Under the pieces are notes generated by a model. It did no database searches and was not told where the DNA came from. It was given only the letters and a program-made list of their open reading frames with translations. The position numbers were made by a program, and so were the translations under genes. From Macrostomum hystrix (Eukaryota > Animalia > Platyhelminthes), in the NCBI GenBank assembly GCA_950097015.1, contig CATNEN010000011.1, positions 3,906,001 to 3,970,000 of the forward strand: 64,000 bases of DNA, read 5' to 3'. This document shows positions 49,266 through 59,025 of this stretch, one piece after another (position 1 is the stretch's first letter; every line of letters starts with the position of its first letter).

Positions 49266-51423
49266 CCCGAAACACCTGCAAGGTACTACTGAGCATGATT
49301 CCCGCTCTGGCAGTAATCAGCCTATTCCTGACTATCGCTGGACTCATCATCATCTGCGTGGGCTTCGCACTGAGCAAGATTGCTATCGTCGAGTTTGTGC
49401 GCCAGCATCAGGATCGAAAGGATGTCACCTTTGACCTGATGTGAGTGGCTATAGGAGACAGCTTATCATAGTGAGTGCTTATCACAATGAGACATAGAAA
49501 TGACAGCACAGCACAGCCGTATCTTTTCAAAAGCGCTTTCTACAGCTGCTGAGAGTCCGCGGACAATGAAGGGCACCATGCCCAACATAATTTCTAACCA
49601 AGCTGATACTGGTGCCCATTGTTGTGCTGAAGCACTAGGTTATTAGTTTATGGCTGAATGACACGGTTACTCAAACATGCGTTTAAATTCGAACTCACGA
49701 CCTCTCAGTCAAAAGCCCAAAGCTTTTAAGTTTCGGGCTACAAGTTTTCTTGAGTGACAGATACGAATTACTTACAGTAGCGAGTAGGCTTTTATTCGCA
49801 TGGCATTTAAACACTTCTGCCACTATAAAACCAAAAACCAGGTGTCCTAACGCAACTAACAGCATCATCGGCATCGTGGTTGGAAGTTTCACATACGCTG
49901 CATTGCACTTTCTGATTAATTGCGTCACATCAGTTGGCCACGTGGGTTGTCGCCGCTTCGCGCTCGCGGCTACGGTGAGTCCACCATGAAATGAGGACCA
50001 AATTAAAGCGCCTTTTAGACCCGAGCTACTAACAGTAGAAAGAAAACAGCTGGGTACTCTATAAAAATTTAGAACAAGGCCTACAATTTCTCACTCTATC
50101 TGATTAAACCACTTCTAGAATCACGAAACATCGGCATCGTCGAGATATTCAACAGTTCTCGTCGGGTGTCTGGTGACAAAAACCATTATTACAGACATAA
50201 CTGTTCTGCTCACAAAATGTCATCATGAAACCATGCCGACTATCGTTTTGAACTTTGGCTTTGAAAAGTTAATTCATCGTAAAGCCTGGAAAATTTCAAT
50301 CCGTATGGCGTTTGATGGACTTTCATGAAAATCGGTCATTCCATTTGGGAGCTATCGGAAGTAGGCAGTGGGTATTTGGAATAACCCCATCGTCTTTCAG
50401 CCACGCTAATGGAGAATACACTCGCATTCTTTTTAACAGTGGTTGGTCATTGACATGCTGGTCATAGCAGGCTGGAGTCTGCTAGGTTGCATCGCCTTTG
50501 TTCCTCTGTTCGCTCATGTGGCCTATGCCAGTCGTTTGCAGCGCGGAGTGATGGAGCTGGATCTTAACCACTACATTACTGTGCTGGTTGTCAATCCTAA
50601 CCTGGTTGTGTCTATTCCGGCAATTGAAGGCGCTGCATACTTGCTACCTGCGGTAAGGATCCTGCGATTCTGAGTCATCAACTAACTAGGAATTTTAAAG
50701 AAGGCTGCAGCCTAGTGGTTAGAGCGGCTGACTCGAGACTGTTAGGTTGGGGGTTTAACACCCGACTCCACTAGAACTATTTATGTCCTTAAGCAACATA
50801 CATAACTCAGTGTTGCTGCATTTCACCCTGCTTTAAAATAGGTACCAGCATTAGCTGGGTAATAGAAGGTTGGGTGTCGCGTCCCTCCAGTCCATGGACT
50901 GAACAACCGTACGCGTCGTTTTGAAGACCCGATTGGGACAGGTGAAATAATAGTTTTATTAAGAATTACAAAGCACATGAACCACTTGACAGCCTCTTTA
51001 ACTCAATACCACAATACCACAATAACAAAGAGCAGTTTGTTAACTGTCAGTAGGCTTTCTAAGTTTGCTGTAGAGAAAACCGTCATTATATGAAACCTTT
51101 CAGTCATTTCCAACGTTCAGTCCGATTCTGGCACTCTTTATTGGCACCTGGATTGTTGCACCAAGTCTTGTGAGTATCTGGGGAAGGGTCGAGTAACTTT
51201 GAGAGTGTACACTGCCTGACGATGAAATATCACATTGCAGGTGCTTCACGCGTTCTGTCTAGCTTTGAATCTCGGAAAACCTCTTCGGGCTGTTCAGGCC
51301 CCTTCAAAATCTTCAGGAAATCGTAGAAAAAACAATGCCTACCGAGGAAAATCAAAGCAGCAGACCGATCAGGCAGTACCGGCTGGTGCAACGGGCGCTG
51401 TTAGTAGCATGGCGTCAAATTGA
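49266..51423 (+). CDS. Four-TM myelin proteolipid (PLP/DM20/M6)-like protein; 5' end uncertain
   Basis: Exons 49266 (or ATG 49295)-49440, 49863-49974, 50440-50652, 51104-51169, 51241-51423 join in phase (~239 aa from 49295). Four hydrophobic segments: IPALAVISLFLTIAGLIIIC; IIGIVVGSFTYAALHFL...CRRFALAAT|W; GWSLLGCIAFVPLF...LDLNHY; LALFIGTWIVAPSLVLHAFCLALN. Confidence 0.65.
50700..50960 (+). mobile_element. Diverged SINE-A copy in an intron of the proteolipid-like gene
   Basis: CAGCCTAGTGGTTAGAGCG head, GGTACCAGCATTAGCTGGG, CAGTCCATGGACTG at 50888. Confidence 0.8.
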
Positions 51424-52089
51424 GACTGAAAGTTGTGTTTTTACTATGAAAAAACTGCTGAAATGTGACACTACATTAAAACTATTTCTAAAATAGTTTT
51501 TTAACTGAGTTGACGTACGAATTTACTGTGTTTTACCGAATAAACTATTTGAAGGGGGCCGCGGCCAATCGGCTGAATGCATTGAATGCATAGCCCAGTT
51601 TGGCCAAGCCAAGACTGAGGACAATTGAGGACTTTTTAGCCTTACTTTGCTAGGCCTACTATAGCTCTGACTAATGATAACTGCCACCATACGAGGTATG
51701 AATATTCATTCACCACAAACAACGCAGGACTGACTGATGAGGCTCCTAGCGGACTGTTTACTTTATTTGATAACAGTGCGTGACTACAATGAATGATCAG
51801 GAAACAGCAGAACCAATATACTATTCTGTTTTACCAGACACTGTTTTACCAACACCGTATCTACAGCAAATAGCTGAGTAATTGATATTTGAGCCAACAT
51901 ACTAATGCCTATTGCCTTTGAGAGTCAATGCGATTCTAATCTACCATTCAATTAATGAGTCTGCCAGACGCAGGCGAGCGACTCAGGAAGTCAGGAAATG
52001 TGCAAACATTGACGCGAATGCTTTTGCCTCTATAAAACCTCAAATCCATGAGCAATACCCGATATGTTTGGTAATTTACTTAATTGAAA

Positions 52090-53427
52090 ATGGAACGGCT
52101 CCTATTGAGTCTAGTTGCATCATTCTTTCTTCTTCCGAATCTGATTATTTACAGAATCGAATGTCAGGAGCAAAAAGGCACAGACTACGAGGCGGAGCTG
52201 CAGAAGTACCTCAGGAACAACATCACTGATTATAGCCCACGAGTGCGACCTCTGCTAGATCCACATCAAGTGATAAATGTGTCGTTTATAGTGTACATCA
52301 GCCAGATCATTGCAGTGGACAGTGCAAGGCAGAGTGTGAAAATCGCCAACATGCTCTATGCCACCTGGTACGAAGAGCGCCTTGTCTGGGATGCTAAAAT
52401 GTTTGGCAACGTTTCTGTAGTGGATTGGGACAGCAATCAGATTTGGTTTCCGGTAATTTTTGTCTACAATGGTATCGGAGACAATCAGCTGCTGAGCCCG
52501 CAGTTTCCAACTTACATCACGTCCGTGTCGCCGAACAGATCGGTGGTGTCAGCTGTCTGGAAGCAGGAGTGGGAGTTCGCTTGTGATTTCGACATGAGAC
52601 GCTTCCCAATGGATCGTCACCAATGTGACATGGAGCTGTTTGTGAATGACCAGGGCCGAGGCGGTAATAAGGTTCTTCCTTGCAGCGGTAACCTATTAAT
52701 TAATTCCTCGTTGCAATACAATGAGCTTGCTGCCTACACTAACAACAGCGAATGGAGAATGCTCAACCTAAGCACTTTCATCAAGTATCGAAATTACGAA
52801 ATGTTTAAGTCTTCGGCATCAGTTCCGATGCCCACATTCGTGATGCGCATGATCATCGAGCGAGTCTCCGCCTACTACATGCTGAACGTGGTGACGCCTC
52901 TGCTGCTGCTGACGCTGCTGCAGGTGCTCGTCTTCTTCGTGCCCGTCGAGTCCGGCGAGAAGCTGGGCTTCGGCATCACCATCATGCTGAGCTACACCGT
53001 GTTCCTGCTGCTGCTGGACGGAATCCTGCCAAAGTCGCAGTCGATGCCAGCCGTGGCCTCCTTCATCACCGCCGCGATGGCACTGTCAACAACGTCGCTT
53101 TTGCTCACGTCTGTCATCATTCGCTTCCACTTCGCTCCGGAGACGTCACCGATGCCGATGTGTCTTCGCTGCGTGTTCGTGAGCGGCCTGGGCCGCCTCC
53201 TGTGCGTTCAGCGACTTAATCAAGACAGGATAACTCCGTCAAAGTCAGGAAACAGTGAGCACGAAGACAAGACAAGCGATGAAGTTGCCGAGAGTGCGAC
53301 TGCGTCAGCATGGAGACAATCTGACTGGAAGGTGGCTGCCGCTGCTCTGGAGAGGCTAATGATCATTCTCGGCTGCCCGGCGTCTGTGGCGATTTTGCTG
53401 GCCTTTGTGATTGTACCTCTGGCTTGA
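52090..53427 (+). CDS. Intronless Cys-loop ligand-gated cation channel subunit, copy 1 (nAChR/5-HT3-like, non-alpha)
   Basis: Signal peptide, RVRP, WYEERLVW, IWFP, C-x13-C loop CDFDMRRFPMDRHQC, EW, M1-M4, GEKLGFGIT. No vicinal cysteines. First ATG is at 52090. Confidence 0.93.
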   Translation: MERLLLSLVASFFLLPNLIIYRIECQEQKGTDYEAELQKYLRNNITDYSPRVRPLLDPHQVINVSFIVYISQIIAVDSARQSVKIANMLYATWYEERLVWDAKMFGNVSVVDWDSNQIWFPVIFVYNGIGDNQLLSPQFPTYITSVSPNRSVVSAVWKQEWEFACDFDMRRFPMDRHQCDMELFVNDQGRGGNKVLPCSGNLLINSSLQYNELAAYTNNSEWRMLNLSTFIKYRNYEMFKSSASVPMPTFVMRMIIERVSAYYMLNVVTPLLLLTLLQVLVFFVPVESGEKLGFGITIMLSYTVFLLLLDGILPKSQSMPAVASFITAAMALSTTSLLLTSVIIRFHFAPETSPMPMCLRCVFVSGLGRLLCVQRLNQDRITPSKSGNSEHEDKTSDEVAESATASAWRQSDWKVAAAALERLMIILGCPASVAILLAFVIVPLA

Positions 53428-54349
53428 AGCTGTGCAGTCTGCTTAGATGATTGTACTGACAAAATTTAGAGACATTTTGACATAAGTTTAATAAATACTT
53501 TTAGCCCAGTGGTTATTGGCTTCGGATACCATGCGGTCAGCAGTCACATCATCAGCTGTGGTACATATGGTGGAGCGGCCCCCATTTCCACGGACTTTAA
53601 ACAGGTACACCGCCTTCTGAAGCTGCGGCAGTGGCTATCTACTCGTATCTGGTCGAAATGGTTCTTTATAAAAAAGGCTTATAAGTATTAATTTTCTAAA
53701 GCACCTGAATACATAAGCAAAACAAGTAATTCGTTTTAGTTTTGATTTGTTATACATGTATAAAAAGTATTTTATTATTGCACCAAAATTCACAAAAACT
53801 AATCATTTGATGGCAGTGTGAAATAAGTTCTTCCAAGTTAGAGAATTTTTAGAGACTTCAACAAATTGGGTTTTGTAATAAAATGAATTTCCTAGCTGGA
53901 GCGTGAGGAATTTAAAGCTAGCGACTATTCACTATTCACCGGGGTCGGTGTCCTACCAAACGTTTCAAAAGCAGGGAAATCTGGAATTAAATAGCGTTAG
54001 AGACTGTGGTAGCGAGCGAAGCGGAATAGATAAGCGATGAGACCCGCGCGTCGTCCTCCGGCCCGGCGAAACTCCCAATGAAAAAATAATAACACAGTAC
54101 GAACACGAAGACTCGAATAAATTGATTGGGAGTGATTTAACAATTTTACTTAAACTGGCCTTATCCGCGCCCTACTCTTCCCGAGAGGCTCCGGTTGTCT
54201 CTGCTTTCAGCGCTGCCCCGACAGATCCTATCGGTTGGCACTCCTTCTGCCTGACGGCGGAGTCTCCGAAGAGAGCACGTACTGACTTCGACAACAAGCG
54301 CCTATCTAGACCACCCTTGTCAGCGGCGCACTCTCAAGACGCGTAGCGC

Positions 54350-54500
54350 CGAAAGCTACCTAACTGAACAAGCGGAGCGTGGTCGGGCGGGGAGAGACAA
54401 AACAAAGTGGACTTGTTTGCACGTGCTTCTCACAGTGTGAGGCGAATTGCGGAGAACGATAAGAGTCACTGCAAAAACACGCATCCTTTTATATAGAGTC
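54350..54500 (-). promoter_or_regulatory. TATA box with downstream initiator-like CAGT and GC-rich leader (possible LTR or promoter fragment)
   Basis: TATATAAAAGG on the minus strand (54495-54485), GCAGT ~15-20 nt downstream, then a structured GC-rich non-coding stretch. No ORF attached. Confidence 0.3.
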
Positions 54501-54899
54501 ATGTTAACCCCAAATTAGGTCGATCGGCGAGGTGGATGCCTGGCTGTAGCTTGAGCCAAGGCGACAAATCACGGTAGACTTGCGACCGCCGTTCTGAGCC
54601 CCGGCTGGTCCGGCCCGGCTTGGCGTGGGTGACTTTTTAGCAAAAAAAACGTGTCTAAAAATAAGTATTGAATAATAACACGGGGAGATAGAAGGGCAAA
54701 CAAGCTGACACTACAGTTTCAATTCCCTAGTCTTTAACTGTAAAAAGACAACGCGTTTTTCCCCTGGGGAAATACGAGTATTTCAAATACCAGCTGCCTG
54801 ATTCACACTAGCTCCCAAACCGAATGGCCCATTTTCGTGAAAGTCTTCCATCTGAATCCACATTTTCCGCCCTTTACGCCTTTCGAAGCCGTCCAAGTC

Positions 54900-55150
54900 A
54901 GCATCGTCGAGATATTCAGCGGTTCTTGTCGGAGTCCTTGGTGACAAGGACAACTAGTATTGCTCTGGATAAACCTATTTGGCGAATATATCAAGGTTCA
55001 AAGATGAAAAAAGACTAACAATGTTTCGTCAATCCAAAACAAGAGCCGACATTATTACATGATTTTGTGAGAAGAAGGTTTTTGCTTCAACTTATAGTTT
55101 ACGCCACAAGACACCACGACTAGAATTGCTGAATATCTCTACGATGCCGA
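54900..55150. mobile_element. MITE-like element, family C
   Basis: GCATCGTCGAGATATTCAGCGGTTCTTGTCGG ... CACGACTAGAATTGCTGAATATCTCTACGATGC inverted pair, homologous to 10355-10540. Confidence 0.75.
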
Positions 55151-55878
55151 TGCTTTGTGATTCTGAAAGTTGTCTCATCGAATAGAGCGTCACTAGCTTC
55201 ATAATTTTTCAATATGACCCCACAGTTATGCAAGTCTAATTCCGATAATAATTCGCAGAAATACAAGTCCTGCCGATTTTTGACGCACAATTCAAACATT
55301 TTCCCATACGAGCACTGGGCGAGAAGGCTTATGAGATTGTTCTAGTTAAAAATTACAATTAAAATACTAAAAATTTAAAGGCATTGTTCTCCAACAAGAA
55401 ATCTCGCAGTTATATTTGACTTACAATCAATGCATTGCCTTCTTTGTAGGAAGAAGCGAAACACCCGTTGAGGTGAAAAAACGAGATTTCGCCTTTTCAG
55501 AGCCATCCTGAGTACAGTAACTGTAGCAAGTCCTTAGGACCTCATTCAAACAAAGAATTCCAACTTCATGCTCTCCGACAGAAATGCATGCAAATCGAAA
55601 ATTAAAAAAAACGAAAGAAACCTGTTCAAATAATCCAAAAGCAGGCGCTCGCGAAGGTAAAAGTGAAAATCATACCTGGCTTGTGTTTGCCCATACTTGA
55701 ATCAACATTGAATGTGCTGTATAAAACTGGTGGGAATTTTTCCAGATGGCTCAAAAGTCACTTAGCAGCACAGTTAATTGCAAAAGAGATTCAGCTAAAA
55801 GAGAAATCCGCCGCAGTCTCAGATTGACATCATCGTGTCAGGATAACTTTCCACTGTCGGTATTACATTCTCGAATAC

Positions 55879-57195
55879 ATGGCTCTTCCAAAAGCGATTC
55901 GATCTAGTTACTTAAACCTAGCTCTGTTGATTCTACTGCAAAATTTGCGCCAACATCAGGCAACAAAGATTGACAACGAAGCGCAACTATTGAAATATCT
56001 CAAGAATAACATCAGCGACTACCGGCCATCATTGCGTCCAGTGCTAAATGCGCAACAGACCATGCGGATTAGCATTATGATGATGCTAGGCCAGATTACT
56101 GCCATCAATAGTGCGAGAAATAGCGCCCGGGTTTATGCCCACATTTACGCCACCTGGTACGAAGAGCGATTGGTCTGGGACCCAGCCAAGTTTGGCAACG
56201 TCCACGTGATTGATTGGGAGATTGATCAGATTTGGTTTCCGGTCATCTTCGTCTACAACGGAATGGGAGACAACCTGTATCTCAAGCAACAGTTTCCCAT
56301 CTTCATCACTTCCGTTTCACCCAACAGATCTGTGGTGTCTGCAATCTGGCGACAGGAATGGGAGTTTGCTTGTCAATTCGACATGAGACGCTTCCCGTTG
56401 GACCGGCACACCTGCGACATGGAGCTGTTCGTAAACGATCAGGGGCGCGGTCCCAATACAATTGTACCAGAGAATAGCGACCTACTTCACCCGGAACTGC
56501 AATATAACGAACTGGCTGCTTACGTTGAAAATAGCGAATGGCGAATGCTGAACCTCAGCACATATGTGCAGTACAAACAGTACCACATTATCAAAGGACT
56601 AGCGCCGGTAGCGATGCCCACATTCGTGATGCGCATGGAGATCGAGCGAGTCTCCGCCTACTACATGCTGAACGTGGTGACGCCTCTGCTGCTGCTGACG
56701 CTGCTCCAGGTGTTCGTCTTCTTCGTGCCCGTCGAGTCCGGCGAGAAGCTGGGCTTCGGCATCACCATCATGCTGAGCTACACCGTGTTCCTGCTGCTGC
56801 TGGACGGAATCCTGCCAAAGTCGCAGTCGATGCCAGCCGTGGCCTCCTTCATCACCGCCGCGATGGCACTGTCAACAACGTCGCTTTTGCTCACGTCTGT
56901 CATCATTCGCTTCCACTTCGCTCCGGAGACGTCACCGATGCCGATGTGTCTTCGCTGCGTGTTCGTGAGCGGCCTGGGCCGCCTCCTGTGCGTTCAGAGA
57001 CTGGTCCGCAATGGGAGGACGCGACCCGAGGTGGACGCTAGCGACTGCGATGCCAAGAAGTCAGTCGATTTGGGCCCGAGACTCTCGGACTGGCAGGTGG
57101 CTGCAGCGGCCTTGGAGCGTTTAACGGTTTTGCTGGGCTGTCCAGCCGCTCTGGTGATGGCGGTTGTATTTTTATTCCTGCCGCTTCGTAAATAG
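55879..57195 (+). CDS. Intronless Cys-loop ligand-gated cation channel subunit, copy 2
   Basis: Cys loop CQFDMRRFPLDRHTC, same architecture as copy 1, 438 aa. Confidence 0.93.
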   Translation: MALPKAIRSSYLNLALLILLQNLRQHQATKIDNEAQLLKYLKNNISDYRPSLRPVLNAQQTMRISIMMMLGQITAINSARNSARVYAHIYATWYEERLVWDPAKFGNVHVIDWEIDQIWFPVIFVYNGMGDNLYLKQQFPIFITSVSPNRSVVSAIWRQEWEFACQFDMRRFPLDRHTCDMELFVNDQGRGPNTIVPENSDLLHPELQYNELAAYVENSEWRMLNLSTYVQYKQYHIIKGLAPVAMPTFVMRMEIERVSAYYMLNVVTPLLLLTLLQVFVFFVPVESGEKLGFGITIMLSYTVFLLLLDGILPKSQSMPAVASFITAAMALSTTSLLLTSVIIRFHFAPETSPMPMCLRCVFVSGLGRLLCVQRLVRNGRTRPEVDASDCDAKKSVDLGPRLSDWQVAAAALERLTVLLGCPAALVMAVVFLFLPLRK

Positions 57196-58369
57196 CTAGC
57201 TAAGCTTGAAGCACTGAAAGACAATTTAGAATTGCCCTTTTTGTGATGAAGCATCTCAACTCGTACTTTTAGTAAAAAGTAATCGTTTTGTAATGTTATC
57301 AGGCAAGCCAACGGAGTATCCTTGAAGCAGGTTTTTATTATCGTGCCTACTTCAAACATTTTTTCAACGCTCTGATGTGATTAAAATGTGCAGAGCAATG
57401 GGACTGCAGTTATTAAGAAACTGACTCTGTCCAATGAGTTGTGCTGTGAGGATGTCATTGTACGAGGGTATTAAAAGGTCATTAATTGTGCTTGGCATAC
57501 CAAAAATAGCAAAAACGTTTTTAGTGGTTTATCTTTGCTGCTGAACATAGCATAGAGGCTTCAGTAGTACATGGCATAAAGCAAAGAATTGCAGTTTTAG
57601 AAGAAATGTACTCATGTACGCACTCCTGGTACTATATACACTTAAATATGCACTATTTGCTATACTAAACGATATATAGTACTATATACTGCTTTATTTA
57701 TTAATTTAGCATAAAGCACCAAGTCCTTGCGGAAGCTTAATTGGATAAAGAATTGCCATAATGACTGACATTTTTACCCAAGTGATTTTGATTGGCAGGC
57801 AATTGTAACTACTTTAGTCAGTCCCTTACTTTGGACATAAGTCACAAGCAATCAGCTAGGCAAAAAAGTTTAACTTCTACAATTGGTTGCCATGGAAACA
57901 GCAGAGAAAGCATCTCAAGCGCAGAGAGTATTGCAGAAAATTTCTGTTCAATCTGTTTCTAATAGGAAGTTTTATTCACAGGAAAATATCTTCATATATT
58001 TGTTTGGTAAAACGATATTATTTGCCTAAAGACTGACGAGAAAAGTTCAGTGAGAGTTAAGAGAATGCATACAGAAAAAAATTGTCCTTTTAAACGATCA
58101 AGATTCGGTTAACTTTGGTCATAAGTACTCGTATAGTTAGCAATTAAATCCCCATTACGGAAATGCAAACGTTTACTCACGCCTATAGAAACAGCCTAAG
58201 CATTATGGATTCCATCATACGAGCCTCTTTGGTGTATGCTCACTTCGATAGATTGACCCTGTTATCTCTTTGTTATCTCATATAATCCCGAATGTATCAT
58301 GCTATCCCATTGATCCCATAGTATCACCATGGTATCGAGTTTGATCCGCCTAATGTCCTTTATAGATAA

Positions 58370-58677
58370 TAATAATAATAATAATTGATTACACCTGCCC
58401 TAATCGGGTCAGATGTGCAGCCGACAGCACAGCCGCAGCTATTGAGGGGCGCATCTGAAGACTGCGTACAGCTGTTCAGTCCATGGACTGGGGGGACGCC
58501 ACACCCACCTTCAATTATCCCAGCTAATGCTGGTACCCATTTAACAGCTGGGTGAACTGAAGCAATGCAGAGTTAAGTGTCTTGCTAAAGGACACAAATT
58601 GTTTAAGTGGAGACGGGAAAGAACCCCCGACCTTCAAGTCGTGAGTCCGACGCCCTAACCACTAGGCTACAACCTCT
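58370..58677 (-). mobile_element. SINE-A, full-length copy
   Basis: Close reverse complement of 6564-6878, including the (AAT)n tail and tRNA head. Confidence 0.9.
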
Positions 58678-59025
58678 CGTCTTCTTCGAGAGACCGTAAA
58701 GACGGTCTCTTACTGCGAAGACTCAATTTATAGATAGACAGACGTTAAAACACGATAAGCTGTATGTTAGTAGAAGCACTAGTTAGACGCATTGTAGGAC
58801 GCGAAATATTGCGTCCATAGAGAGCCATAGAGAGTCATTTTATTTTCATGATGGCTATAATATTTGCCCTTCTTAATGACTATAATCTGGACGCTTCGTT
58901 CTACAATGCTTGTGACACTATTCTGTTTATTTATTCAGTCTCAATTGAAATCCTATCAATGAAGGGACAGCTTAGATAGACTAAAACTTGTTGAAACTGA
59001 CCAGACTGATAGATTGCGCATGCAG

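Noticed and set aside
54030-54135. Hammerhead or HDV-like ribozyme near GCGATGAG...CGAAACTCCC
   Set aside because: Core reads CGAUGA rather than CUGAUGA, the cleavage triplet would end in G, and no P1/P2 pairing for an HDV fold could be found.
58690-58710. Hairpin GAGACCGT-AAAG-ACGGTCTC as a Helitron 3' end
   Set aside because: No CTRR terminus at the expected distance and no matching 5' end.
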